A stretch of DNA of 64,000 nucleotides from positions 187,177 through 251,176 of the forward strand of contig CABPZE010000002.1 of NCBI GenBank assembly GCA_902461815.1, given 5' to 3'. Position 1 is the stretch's first letter. Each line of letters opens with the position of its first letter. Below are positions 45,932-54,848 of this stretch, piece after piece. The notes under the pieces were generated by a model, which was given only the letters and a program-made list of their open reading frames with translations, ran no database searches and had not been told where the DNA came from. This stretch comes from an uncultured Anaerotruncus sp. GTDB taxonomy: Bacteria > Bacillota > Clostridia > Oscillospirales > CAG-272. A program made the position numbers and the translations under genes.

Positions 45932-46674
45932 CTGCTGCTACTCATCAGGGCTTTCATATCGTAAAGCCCAGGCTCCTTTCCGAGGATATATTCCGCCGCC
46001 TTGATCGCGCCGTCGGCAAACAAGGCTCTGTCATACGCCTCATGCTTCAGGGTTATCTGCTCACAATCAGTGCATATGCGTACCTCATGTATTCCGACAA
46101 TGTTTCCGCTTCTCACCGAGGCAATGCCGACCTCGTTTTTTTCTCGCTTTCCGCTTCCGCTCCTGCCGCAGTTTGCCCAGGCGTCGGGTCGCACCTCCTT
46201 TACCGCGTCAAAGAGCATAAGTGCCGTCCCGCTCGGCGCGTCCAGCTTACGGTTATGGTGAGTCTCGATTATCTCAACGTCGGCGTTTTCAAACACCGAA
46301 AGCACCTTTTTTACCGTCTCGCAAAGTGCGGCGATACCTATTGACATATTGCCGGAGTAAAACACCGCAGTCTTCTCCGCCGCTTTTATTATATTCGCCC
46401 GCTCGGATTCTGTATGTCCGGTCGTAGCTATCACGACCGGAATTTTCTTTTCCGCCGCGTATTCCGCGATCTCAGGCGTTACGGCATGGAAGGAAAAATC
46501 AATTATCACATCCGTGTCTTCCCTTACATCGGCAATGCGTCGGTATTCATTCTCCCGCCGGGACTCGCCGTATGCGCAGTCAACATACGCCACGCAATCA
46601 TTTCCGCTCCTTCCGGCGGCTGATATCACATTTGCGCCCATTCTGCCGAGGGCGCCGACCACTGTTATCCTCAT
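45928..46674 (-). CDS. dapB: 4-hydroxy-tetrahydrodipicolinate reductase
   Basis: ATG 46674 (MRITVVGALGRMG) forms an ATGA overlap with the dapA stop. Contains EIIETHHNRKLDAPSGTA. Confidence 0.9.
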   Translation of the reverse strand: MRITVVGALGRMGANVISAAGRSGNDCVAYVDCAYGESRRENEYRRIADVREDTDVIIDFSFHAVTPEIAEYAAEKKIPVVIATTGHTESERANIIKAAEKTAVFYSGNMSIGIAALCETVKKVLSVFENADVEIIETHHNRKLDAPSGTALMLFDAVKEVRPDAWANCGRSGSGKREKNEVGIASVRSGNIVGIHEVRICTDCEQITLKHEAYDRALFADGAIKAAEYILGKEPGLYDMKALMSSSR

Positions 46675-47561
46675 ACCGCAAGTCCACACGCTCTCATCTC
46701 ACGGATAAGAACTTCCTCATGCTCAGGCTCCATCGGGTAAAGCGGGGAGCGAAGGACGTTTTCGGTGTATCCGAGCCTTGACATAGCCGCCTTTACCGGG
46801 ATCGGATTCACTTCACTGAACAGGGCGTTCACAAGCGGCAAAAGCTTCAACTGCAGCTTGTAGCTTCCCTCGATGTCTCCCTTGAAAAATCTGTCGCATA
46901 TTTCAACGGTCTTTGCGGGTACAACGTTTGAAAGCACCGAGATCACGCCCTTGCCGCCCAGAGAAAGGAACGGAACTATCTGGTCGTCGTTGCCGCTGTA
47001 CATATCGAGCTTTCCGTCAACCAACGCCGCGGTCTGTACTATCTTGCTCATATTTCCGTTGGCTTCTTTGATACCGACAATGTTGGGGTGCGAGGCAAGC
47101 TCAAGGTAGGTAGCAGGCTCGATATTCACGCCCGTGCGTGAGGGAACATTGTAGAGGATAACGGGCTTTGAGGATGCGTCGGCAAGCTCGGTGTACATAC
47201 GCACAAGACCCTTCTGCGTCGCCTTATTGTAATACGGAGTAACAAGAAGGACAGCGTCCGCTCCCTCGTCGCAGGCGTGCTCGACAAGCCCCTTGGCATA
47301 GCTTGTATCGTTGCTGCCCGCTCCTGCAATTACCGGAACTCTGCCGTTTACCTGCTTTACAACAAAGGAAATTACATCACGGTGTTCGTCGTCCCCGAAG
47401 GTGGAGGCCTCACCTGTGGTTCCGGCGACTACAAGCGCGTTTATGCCCTCTCTTATCTGAAATTCCACAAGCTCCGCAAATTTTTCGTAATCGATCTTTC
47501 CGTACTTGTCAAACGGGGTAATAAGAGCGGTGGCAACTCCGGTAAAAACAGTTTTTTTCAT
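46671..47561 (-). CDS. dapA: 4-hydroxy-tetrahydrodipicolinate synthase
   Basis: 296 aa containing VAGTTGEAS and the active-site Lys context IVGIKEANG. Confidence 0.93.
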   Translation of the reverse strand: MKKTVFTGVATALITPFDKYGKIDYEKFAELVEFQIREGINALVVAGTTGEASTFGDDEHRDVISFVVKQVNGRVPVIAGAGSNDTSYAKGLVEHACDEGADAVLLVTPYYNKATQKGLVRMYTELADASSKPVILYNVPSRTGVNIEPATYLELASHPNIVGIKEANGNMSKIVQTAALVDGKLDMYSGNDDQIVPFLSLGGKGVISVLSNVVPAKTVEICDRFFKGDIEGSYKLQLKLLPLVNALFSEVNPIPVKAAMSRLGYTENVLRSPLYPMEPEHEEVLIREMRACGLAV

Positions 47562-47629
47562 GATATTCTCTCTTTCTTTTATACGCCGTACATCGTGTGA
47601 TGGCAGCTCTTTTTTATTTTCTGCTTAAA

Positions 47630-47905
47630 ATGCAACACAAAAGCGCCCGATAAAGCATCGAGCGCCAACGTAAACAGTATAAACAGCCAAATTTTACATA
47701 TAAGAAATTAAAGCCGGTAAAACCATAAACATATAACGCTCCGCTTTATTAAAAAGCGACAGTCCGACAAATGTTATTTGAAGAACCAAGACGAAGCCGC
47801 GACACTTCTCTTTCGGCATCCGACCCTTTCCCGAAACCGCTTGCCTTCCGCTAAAGGCTTTATATCGCATGAACCGGTACTCTTTTCAAGATGCGCCTTT
47901 ATAAT
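47630..47905 (-). promoter_or_regulatory. lysine riboswitch (L-box) leader of the dap/lys operon
   Basis: The minus strand reads AAAGGCGC..AAGAGTA..GGGAAAGGG..TGCCGAAAG..GGACTGTCGC (aptamer ~47755-47905), matching conserved L-box blocks of the B. subtilis lysC leader from memory. A downstream hairpin GCGCTCGAT-gcttt-ATCGGGCGC plus TTTTGTGTTG (47630-47666) looks like the expression-platform terminator. Confidence 0.8.
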
Positions 47906-47915
47906 GTTTGGGGTT

Positions 47916-47944
47916 ATTCTATCATAAATCGACACGCTTGTCAA
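47916..47944 (-). promoter_or_regulatory. SigA-type promoter of the lysine operon
   Basis: Minus strand TTGACA (47944-47939), 17 nt, extended -10 TGaTAGAAT (47924-47916). Confidence 0.75.
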
Positions 47945-48030
47945 GCATTTTTTGAGGCATTTGAAGATTTTGAGCAGTATTGTGTTCAGAAGTCCCGAAT
48001 GCACCCGCAAATCTGTCTGTTATAAACAAG

Positions 48031-48064
48031 TAAAAATCCCGATTGCTTTCGCAATCGGGATTTT
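48031..48064 (-). terminator. terminator after tRNA(CAT)
   Basis: Stem ATCCCGATTGC-tttc-GCAATCGGGAT flanked by A5 and T5 runs. Confidence 0.85.
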
Positions 48065-48141
48065 TGGTGGGCCATCAGGGACTCGAACCCCGGACCAACC
48101 GGTTATGAGCCGGTAGCTCTGACCAACTGAGCTAATGGCCC
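48065..48141 (-). tRNA. tRNA with CAT anticodon (elongator Met or lysidine-modified Ile2; not initiator)
   Basis: rc = GGGCCATTAGCTCAGTTGGTCAGAGCTACCGGCTCATAACCGGTTGGTCCGGGGTTCGAGTCCCTGATGGCCCACCA. Cloverleaf folded by hand. G1:C72 is paired and the anticodon stem lacks three G:C pairs, so it is not tRNA-fMet. C4:G69 and C5:G68 resemble tRNA-Ile2. Confidence 0.85.
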
Positions 48142-48171
48142 GCTCGCAGGCCGTCGTTTGCCGACCTGCTT

Positions 48172-48200
48172 ATTATATCGCGCATTCGCCCTTTTGTCAA
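48172..48200 (-). promoter_or_regulatory. SigA-type promoter of tRNA(CAT)
   Basis: Minus strand TTGACA (48200-48195), 17 nt, TATAAT (48177-48172). Confidence 0.75.
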
Positions 48201-48263
48201 TACCTTTTTGCAAAAAAATGTTTTCGGCTTTTTTCCGGGGCGTGCGCATTGAGGCGGCGCGGC

Positions 48264-48485
48264 TCAGAACTCGTCAGAGTCGTCGGCAGAGACTTCGTTA
48301 TCGTCGTCGTCATCGTCATCGTCGACCTCTGTCGGCTCAAATTCGTCCTTTGACGCTCCGCAGTACGGGCATACCCAATCTTCGGGCAGATCGTCGAAAT
48401 CGGTGCCCTCTTCTATGCCCGCATCGGGACATCCTTCGGACGCCTTATATTCGTAGCCGCAAAGATTGCAGACAAATACAACCAT
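48264..48485 (-). CDS. rubredoxin with poly-aspartate C-terminal tail
   Basis: 73 aa. CNLCG...CPYCG rubredoxin knuckles and DWVCP, followed by the tail [22 protein letters not shown]. Confidence 0.9.
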   Translation of the reverse strand: MVVFVCNLCGYEYKASEGCPDAGIEEGTDFDDLPEDWVCPYCGASKDEFEPTEVDDDDDDDDNEVSADDSDEF

Positions 48486-48517
48486 ATTATCCCTCCTTGT
48501 TATGATCTTCGTATAAT

Positions 48518-48546
48518 AATATATCGCAGCCGAGCCGATATGTCAA
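48518..48546 (-). promoter_or_regulatory. SigA-type promoter of rubredoxin
   Basis: Minus strand TTGACA (48546-48541), 17 nt, TATATT (48523-48518). Confidence 0.65.
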
Positions 48547-48686
48547 TATTTATTTTCTACAATTATGAAATTTTCAACGACATATTTCTATTGATTACGC
48601 CAATGAACCGGAAAAATCATTTTTCCGGCGGCTCTTGCGGCGCGATTTGCGCGCGGATACAGAACACTGTAGGCTTGAAAGCGCCC

Positions 48687-49847
48687 TCAAATATCCCGGT
48701 AAAGCAGAAACTGCCCGCATTCACGGCGGAACTTTTCAATTCCCGGCGCTTCCTCACGCACGATCTCCCACGGGTCAAAGCCGCCGTCGCGGGTCAGCGC
48801 GTCAGTGCCGTAGCGCAGACACATACTTTTCTCACGCACCGAAAATTCTGGATACTCCGACAGCGCCTCAAGCAGGCAAAGTCCGGCAAGGTGAGGTCTG
48901 AAAGCATTTCGGTCGGTAACATTTATCTGCACACCCCGGCAGCACTCGGAAGCATGCTTACCGAAAACCGGAGTAAAATATGCGGGGCTGAAAAACACAC
49001 CCTCAAGCCCTGCGCCGTTAAGGCGGGAAGAAAGCCGACCCGCATCAACAAACGGAGCGCCCACAAGCTCAAAGGGTCTTGTAGTCCCCCGCCCCTCGGA
49101 CACGTTTGTCGCCTCGATAAGGCAGGTGCCGATATAGATAAGGGATGCTGTTACTGACGGAAGGTTGGGCGACGGATTTATCCACGGCAGGTCGGTCTCG
49201 TCGGCATAAATCCCGCGCCGCCAGCCGCGGCAACGAACGACGTAAAGCTCACACCCCACATTGTGCGTCAGGTTCAGCCACCCGGCAAACTCACCGCAGG
49301 TAAGGGCGTATCTTGACGGCATTGAGTATCTGCCCACGAACGACGAATACTTTTCCTCGTCAAGCAAAGCGCCCTCGACGGCGATCCCCCCGATGGGGTC
49401 GGGACGGTCAAGGATTATCACCGGTTTTTTCCGCACCGCGCACTCATGCATAAGATATGCAAGGCAGTATATATATGTGTAGAATCTCGCGCCGACATCC
49501 TGAATGTCGTACAGCACCGCGTCGCACTTTTCAAGCGCCTCGCCTATGGCGGGATTTCCGCCGGAGGGCAGATCGTACACCGGAACTCCGGTGTCGGGAT
49601 CGGTATATTCCCCGCCCCACGAGCCGTCCTGAAGCGCCGAATGAATACCGTGCTCCGGCGCAAAAAGCACCGAAAGCCGTCCCTCTGCGGCAAGACTCTG
49701 ATAAGTCGGGACGCCGCGCCTGTCCGTTCCGGAAGCAGCGGTAAGCAGTCCGAGTCTGCCGGAAAGCAACGCACGCACATCTGCGTCAAGCGAGGCACGG
49801 TCGGAAAACAGCAGGTCTGCTCCGGTATATACTGTGTGTTTTCTCAT
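48687..49847 (-). CDS. DUF1343 family protein (NamZ/YbbC-like exo-beta-N-acetylmuramidase)
   Basis: Internal ATG 49847 (MRKHTVYTGADLL). Contains LFAPEHG and YDIQDVGARFYTYIYCLAYLMHECA, typical of DUF1343. The track ORF is over-extended. Confidence 0.75.
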   Translation of the reverse strand: MRKHTVYTGADLLFSDRASLDADVRALLSGRLGLLTAASGTDRRGVPTYQSLAAEGRLSVLFAPEHGIHSALQDGSWGGEYTDPDTGVPVYDLPSGGNPAIGEALEKCDAVLYDIQDVGARFYTYIYCLAYLMHECAVRKKPVIILDRPDPIGGIAVEGALLDEEKYSSFVGRYSMPSRYALTCGEFAGWLNLTHNVGCELYVVRCRGWRRGIYADETDLPWINPSPNLPSVTASLIYIGTCLIEATNVSEGRGTTRPFELVGAPFVDAGRLSSRLNGAGLEGVFFSPAYFTPVFGKHASECCRGVQINVTDRNAFRPHLAGLCLLEALSEYPEFSVREKSMCLRYGTDALTRDGGFDPWEIVREEAPGIEKFRRECGQFLLYRDI

Positions 49848-49926
49848 ATTCACCTGTCCCCCTGTCACAATGTCATAAATACGGGGGCTGAGGCATATGC
49901 GGCAGTCCCCGTAAAATATTATTTTT

Positions 49927-51234
49927 TTATTTGCCGGAAACCGTAATACCGCCAAAGGAGATATACGGCATCAGGCTTGAACCGTCACAAACGGTCTCGG
50001 CGGAAATATCCACGATATTCATCAGCATATCGGCAAGGTTGCCTGATATCATAGTCTCGGCAGCCGCATCGGTTATCTTTCCGTTTTCAATGATGAAGCT
50101 GTTCTTTGCCACACCGGAAAAATCACCGTTCGATGACGGCTCGCCGCCCGAAAAACGGGCTACAAGCAGACCGCGGTCGACTGATGCGATCATATCCGCC
50201 AGCGGCTTGCTGCCGCCCTCTATCACGAACTTTCCGCCGTCGTTGGGCGCACGGCGCTTGCCGGTCTTGTTTGCGACATAGTAGGAAATGTCGAACTCGC
50301 GCAGCACGCCGTTTTCGATAATGTTGTAATTCTCAGCCGGGAAGCCCTCGCCGGTATAGTGATCGGAAACCGCAAGTCGCGGGTCGCTGACTGCCATTTT
50401 TACTGTCAGAGCCTCGCTTGCGACCTGCTTGCCGAGCTTATCAAGCCAGATGCTTGTGCCGTCGAGAATATGAGTATCCCCGGCAAAGTTGCCTAGAGCC
50501 GAGCCGAGCAGCTCGCCAAGACACCCGGGAGTGAGGATCACAGTACCGACAAATTTGCCGTCCACCGCGCGGGTGACGATCTGTTTTTCAGTATCTGCAA
50601 GATCCTGCTTCATTGAGCCGGTCTCGATGAAGGGCTTTGAAAGATCGTGCGAGATGCACTCTGAATAGAAGAAGGAGGAGGATCTTTCTCCCTCGTGCGC
50701 CGAGTACATCGGCGAGCAGATGTAATATCCGCCGCTTGTGTCAAAGCAAACGCCGTTTGAGTTGCGATAGACGTTATGAAACGCCGAGTGACAAGTGACA
50801 AGCTGTTCTATAACGATCTTCGGGAACATTCTGCCTATGTCCTCAACCAGCTCGCGTGTGCGGTCGAAAAGCCGCTCGGTGTCAGGCTCAAGCTCACCCT
50901 CGGTAAAGGAGCCGTTGGAGATAACGGGGGCAATGTCCCATGCGTCGTCAGGCTCGGAAGCCTCACCGGTGGCAAGGCAGTCCGCTATTGCCGCGGCAAT
51001 AGCGTCATCATCAAAGCTGTTGATGCGGGCGCTGCCCTTTTTGCCGCCCTTTATCGACATAAGCGACAGTGTGGTGTTGAAAAGCGTGCGGAAAAGAGAG
51101 AAATCCCCACCCTCGTAGTTGAACTCGCGTACCTCTCCGTAATTTACAGAGCAGGACGCTTTGTCGGCTCCGGCTGCCTTCAGCGCGGCGACTGCGCGCT
51201 CGGCAATTGCGTCAAGATCATATAATTCATTCAT
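49927..51234 (-). CDS. pmbA: TldE/PmbA family metalloprotease subunit
   Basis: 435 aa with a PmbA_TldD-like sequence lacking HExxxH. Paired with the upstream tldD. Confidence 0.8.
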   Translation of the reverse strand: MNELYDLDAIAERAVAALKAAGADKASCSVNYGEVREFNYEGGDFSLFRTLFNTTLSLMSIKGGKKGSARINSFDDDAIAAAIADCLATGEASEPDDAWDIAPVISNGSFTEGELEPDTERLFDRTRELVEDIGRMFPKIVIEQLVTCHSAFHNVYRNSNGVCFDTSGGYYICSPMYSAHEGERSSSFFYSECISHDLSKPFIETGSMKQDLADTEKQIVTRAVDGKFVGTVILTPGCLGELLGSALGNFAGDTHILDGTSIWLDKLGKQVASEALTVKMAVSDPRLAVSDHYTGEGFPAENYNIIENGVLREFDISYYVANKTGKRRAPNDGGKFVIEGGSKPLADMIASVDRGLLVARFSGGEPSSNGDFSGVAKNSFIIENGKITDAAAETMISGNLADMLMNIVDISAETVCDGSSLMPYISFGGITVSGK

Positions 51235-51273
51235 TATTCAGCATTCTCCTTATTTGTAATCAGACGCGGCGCA

Positions 51274-52659
51274 TCAGCGACCGCCGACGTTTACGCGGCA
51301 GCGCAGCGCGGGACCGCCAAGTCCCACCGGCATCGGCTGTTTCTTGCCGCAGTATCCGGAGGAGCACCATTCAACAGTGTCCGAAACCATATCGACGGTC
51401 TTGAGCATTTCAAAGGCAACGCCTGAGATCGTGGTATCAAGAATGGCTCTGCCGAGCTTTCCTTTTTTTATCTCGTAGCCCATCGTTACACCGAACATGA
51501 ACTCACCTGTCGTGTCCGCCTGACCGTTGTTTGTGTTGCAAAGCAGATATCCGTCGTCAACCGAGGCTATTATGTCTTCGAGCTTTGATTTGCCCGGAAG
51601 CACCGCGGTATTTCTCATGCGGATAAGGGGCTCGTCCGAGAAGGCAAAGGCTCTCGCGTTGCCGCAGGGCTCGGCTCCGAATCTTTCGGCGCTTTCGCGG
51701 TTGTGCATATAGCCTACAAGGATACCGTCGCGGATAAGCACCGCATCCTTGGCTGCCACTCCCTCGTCGTCGATCCAAACCGGCAGCGGCGCTGGCTTGC
51801 CCAACGCGGTATGGGCAAAGTCTACCATCGAGACCAGCTCGCTTGCCACCTGCTTGCCCATCATGTGCGCGGCAACAGAGCCTCCCATGACCATGTCGGC
51901 TTCAACGGTGTGACCCACCGCCTCATGCGCCAGCATTCCGGAAAGCTCGCCGGCAAGTATGCAGGTCTTGACGCCCGCCTCGGCATACACGCCCTCGCGC
52001 TTCTTCATAACCTTCTCGTGCAGCTTGTCAAGCTCCGGATAAATTTCCTCGGGCGTATGGAACTGATAATCAAACGCACCCCATCCGCCGTATATGCCCA
52101 TAAGCTCAACGGTAACTCCGGCAGGAGTCGTAGCGCCCATCTGGACATAAATGTAGCTGCGGTTCATCCCGACGTGACCGTCGGCACAGTCGGAGGTCGC
52201 AATGACCTTTTCAATGCACTCGTTGATGGCTACTATCCGGCGGCTGGCAAGGTCCGGGAACTTTCCGGCAATGTATGCGTCAAGCTGACGGATAAAATCA
52301 ATGTAGTATTTCTGCTCCGGGTCGGGAGCGTCGGCATATTCTGTGATCCTTCCGGCGGGAGTACCCACAAGCGCCGGCTTTCCGCGGCGGAGTCTTTCAT
52401 CCATAAACGCCGCGTTCTCACCGGCGGCGCGGATAACAGCCTCCACGCCCTCAGGCGTGCAGCCGGCAACCGACGAAAATCCGTATATTCCTCCACGGCG
52501 CACGCGCGCCGAAACACCGGATGACTCGGAACGTGTATTACCGACCAGATTTCCGCCCAGAAGCATCACTCTGCGGCTGCGGCTGCGCTGCACCCTTACA
52601 GTCGTATCGGCTCCGGGCAGGAACAGATCCTTTTTATCAAAAACAAAGGTATCAAGCAT
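51274..52659 (-). CDS. tldD: TldD family metalloprotease
   Basis: ATG 52659 (MLDTFVFDKK) with a GGAGG RBS. Zinc motif HEAVGH. Confidence 0.85.
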   Translation of the reverse strand: MLDTFVFDKKDLFLPGADTTVRVQRSRSRRVMLLGGNLVGNTRSESSGVSARVRRGGIYGFSSVAGCTPEGVEAVIRAAGENAAFMDERLRRGKPALVGTPAGRITEYADAPDPEQKYYIDFIRQLDAYIAGKFPDLASRRIVAINECIEKVIATSDCADGHVGMNRSYIYVQMGATTPAGVTVELMGIYGGWGAFDYQFHTPEEIYPELDKLHEKVMKKREGVYAEAGVKTCILAGELSGMLAHEAVGHTVEADMVMGGSVAAHMMGKQVASELVSMVDFAHTALGKPAPLPVWIDDEGVAAKDAVLIRDGILVGYMHNRESAERFGAEPCGNARAFAFSDEPLIRMRNTAVLPGKSKLEDIIASVDDGYLLCNTNNGQADTTGEFMFGVTMGYEIKKGKLGRAILDTTISGVAFEMLKTVDMVSDTVEWCSSGYCGKKQPMPVGLGGPALRCRVNVGGR

Positions 52660-52795
52660 TAAAATCCTCCTTGCACTTCGCACGGAAAAAGCTTCCGGCG
52701 GCTTGTCTTTATTTGGTTGATTTTATTATAGCATAACACCGGGAAATTAGCAATAGAAACAACGCAATGATTTACAAAAAGATGAATCACAGCTA

Positions 52796-52824
52796 TTGAC
52801 AAACGGATATTTTTATGATATCAT
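52796..52824 (+). promoter_or_regulatory. SigA-type promoter of the SPFH-RHH-ABC cluster
   Basis: TTGACA (52796-52801), 17 nt, extended -10 TGaTATCAT (52816-52824). Confidence 0.65.
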
Positions 52825-52852
52825 TATGATGCCACATTCGGAGGAATCGATC

Positions 52853-53866
52853 ATGGAAGAAAAAATCTACACTTCAAAGAAAAACGGTATGGCTGTACTT
52901 ATCATCACCTCGCTGCTTTATGCAGCGGCGGTAGCAGGCACTATCTTCGGCGGAATAATGATGGAGGACGGCAAAAGCCCCGTTCTCTTCATTGTATCAA
53001 TAATATGGCTCTGCGTCGGAATGATCCCCTACGCAGGACTCAAGGTGCTGCGTCCGCAGGAGGCGCTGGTGCTTACCCTGTTCGGCAAATACATCGGCAC
53101 ACTGCGCGGCGACGGATTCTTTTTCGTGAATCCCTTCTGCACGGCGGTGAATCCGGCGGCAAAGACCAAGCTCAACCAAAGCGGAGACGTCAGCCAGGCA
53201 ATCCCGGCGGCAGTCCAGGGCACGCAAAACGCATCGTCCGCTGAAGCTGCAAACAAAAAGATCTCGCTTAAGATCATGACGCTCAACAATAACCGTCAGA
53301 AGATAAACGACTGTCTCGGCAATCCCGTAGAGATCGGAATAGCCGTAACATGGCGCATAATCGACACCGCAAAGGCAGTTTTCAACGTCGATAACTACAA
53401 AGAATATCTTTCGCTTCAGTGCGACAGCGCACTGCGCAACGTGGTAAGAAATTACCCTTACGACATGGCTCCCGGAGTTGACACAACAGGCGACGGCATC
53501 GCCGACGACGGCAGTCTGCGCGGCTCGGGCGACGTTGTTGCGGCTCGCATACGCGACGAGATACAGCAGCGCGTGGACGAAGCGGGAATCGAGATCGTTG
53601 AGACCCGCATAACCTACCTTGCCTACGCCACCGAGATCGCCGCCGTGATGCTTCAGCGTCAGCAGGCGTCGGCGATCATCGACGCGCGCCGCATGATAGT
53701 TGACGGAGCTGTCGGGATGGTTGAAATGGCGCTTGAACGCCTTAATGAAAAGGGTACGGTACAGCTCGACGAGGAGCGCAAGGCGGCAATGGTATCAAAT
53801 CTTCTGGTAGTGCTTTGCGGCAACCGCGATGCACAGCCCGTGGTCAATTCGGGAAGCCTGTATTGA
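52853..53866 (+). CDS. SPFH/Band-7 (stomatin/flotillin-like) membrane protein
   Basis: ATG 52853 with a GGAGGA RBS. Two N-terminal TM helices, then an SPFH core ([15 protein letters not shown]...[15 protein letters not shown]...LRNVVRNY...[11 protein letters not shown]). Confidence 0.8.
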   Translation: MEEKIYTSKKNGMAVLIITSLLYAAAVAGTIFGGIMMEDGKSPVLFIVSIIWLCVGMIPYAGLKVLRPQEALVLTLFGKYIGTLRGDGFFFVNPFCTAVNPAAKTKLNQSGDVSQAIPAAVQGTQNASSAEAANKKISLKIMTLNNNRQKINDCLGNPVEIGIAVTWRIIDTAKAVFNVDNYKEYLSLQCDSALRNVVRNYPYDMAPGVDTTGDGIADDGSLRGSGDVVAARIRDEIQQRVDEAGIEIVETRITYLAYATEIAAVMLQRQQASAIIDARRMIVDGAVGMVEMALERLNEKGTVQLDEERKAAMVSNLLVVLCGNRDAQPVVNSGSLY

Positions 53867-53896
53867 TGCGGCACTCCGGAATCATGGGAAACTGCC

Positions 53897-54100
53897 ATGA
53901 ATGAAAACGCAAAAAAACAAATACCGCTGAGGCTCTCCCCCAAGCTGTACGACGCCATTGCCGCGTGGGCGGAGGACGACTTCCGCTCGGTCAACGGACA
54001 GATAGAATATCTCCTGACCGAATGCGTCCGACAGCGGAAGAAAAACGGCGCATATGTCTCAAAGGAGCTTGATAAACCTCTCGATATAGACATAAAATAA
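53897..54100 (+). CDS. ribbon-helix-helix (Arc/MetJ-like) DNA-binding protein
   Basis: 67 aa. [35 protein letters not shown] follows a beta-strand plus two-helix RHH pattern. Confidence 0.6.
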   Translation: MNENAKKQIPLRLSPKLYDAIAAWAEDDFRSVNGQIEYLLTECVRQRKKNGAYVSKELDKPLDIDIK

Positions 54101-54137
54101 TTTTATCAACAGCAGTAACCAATATGAGGAGGACATT

Positions 54138-54848
54138 ATGCTGAGAATTGAAAACCTGACCAAAAAGTACGGCGAAAAGAAAGCGGTGGATTCACTGTCG
54201 CTTACCATCGCCCCCGGTGAAATATACGGCTTTATCGGACACAACGGAGCCGGAAAGACCACGACCATCAAGGCTGTTTGCGGCATTCTCGACTTTGACA
54301 GCGGCGAAATATACGTTGACGGCACGTCAATAAAAGCCGACCCGCTGAAATGCAAGCGTGAGATCGCCTACATTCCCGACAACCCCGATCTTTACGACTT
54401 CTACACCGGGGTCAAATACCTTAATTTCATCGCCGACATATACGGTATCCCCTCCGACGTCCGTAAGGAAAGGATGCGTCGCTACTGCGATATGTTTGAA
54501 CTGACCCCAGAGCTCGCCCGACCCATAAGCGAGTATTCGCACGGAATGAAGCAGAAGCTGGCGGTGATATCGGCGCTGATACACTCACCGAAGCTGTGGT
54601 TGCTTGACGAGCCGTTTGTGGGTCTTGACCCCAAGGCGGCGCACACGCTGAAGCAGATAATGCGCGAGGTCTGCGACGGCGGCGGAGCCATCTTCTTCTC
54701 AACACACGTGCTTGAGGTAGCCGAAAAGCTGTGCGACAGGATAGCCATCATCAAAAACGGGCGGCTTGTCGTCAGCGGCACTACCGATGAGGTGCGCGGC
54801 GACGCCTCGCTTGAGGACGTATTTCTTGAGCTTGCGGAGGATAAATAA
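54138..54848 (+). CDS. ABC transporter ATP-binding protein
   Basis: Walker A GHNGAGKTT, signature YSHGMKQKL, Walker B LWLLDEP. Confidence 0.92.
   Translation: MLRIENLTKKYGEKKAVDSLSLTIAPGEIYGFIGHNGAGKTTTIKAVCGILDFDSGEIYVDGTSIKADPLKCKREIAYIPDNPDLYDFYTGVKYLNFIADIYGIPSDVRKERMRRYCDMFELTPELARPISEYSHGMKQKLAVISALIHSPKLWLLDEPFVGLDPKAAHTLKQIMREVCDGGGAIFFSTHVLEVAEKLCDRIAIIKNGRLVVSGTTDEVRGDASLEDVFLELAEDK

Noticed and set aside
47774-48010. 78-aa minus-strand ORF upstream of dapA.
   Set aside because: It spans the lysine-operon promoter and the L-box aptamer, and the conserved riboswitch blocks explain the sequence.
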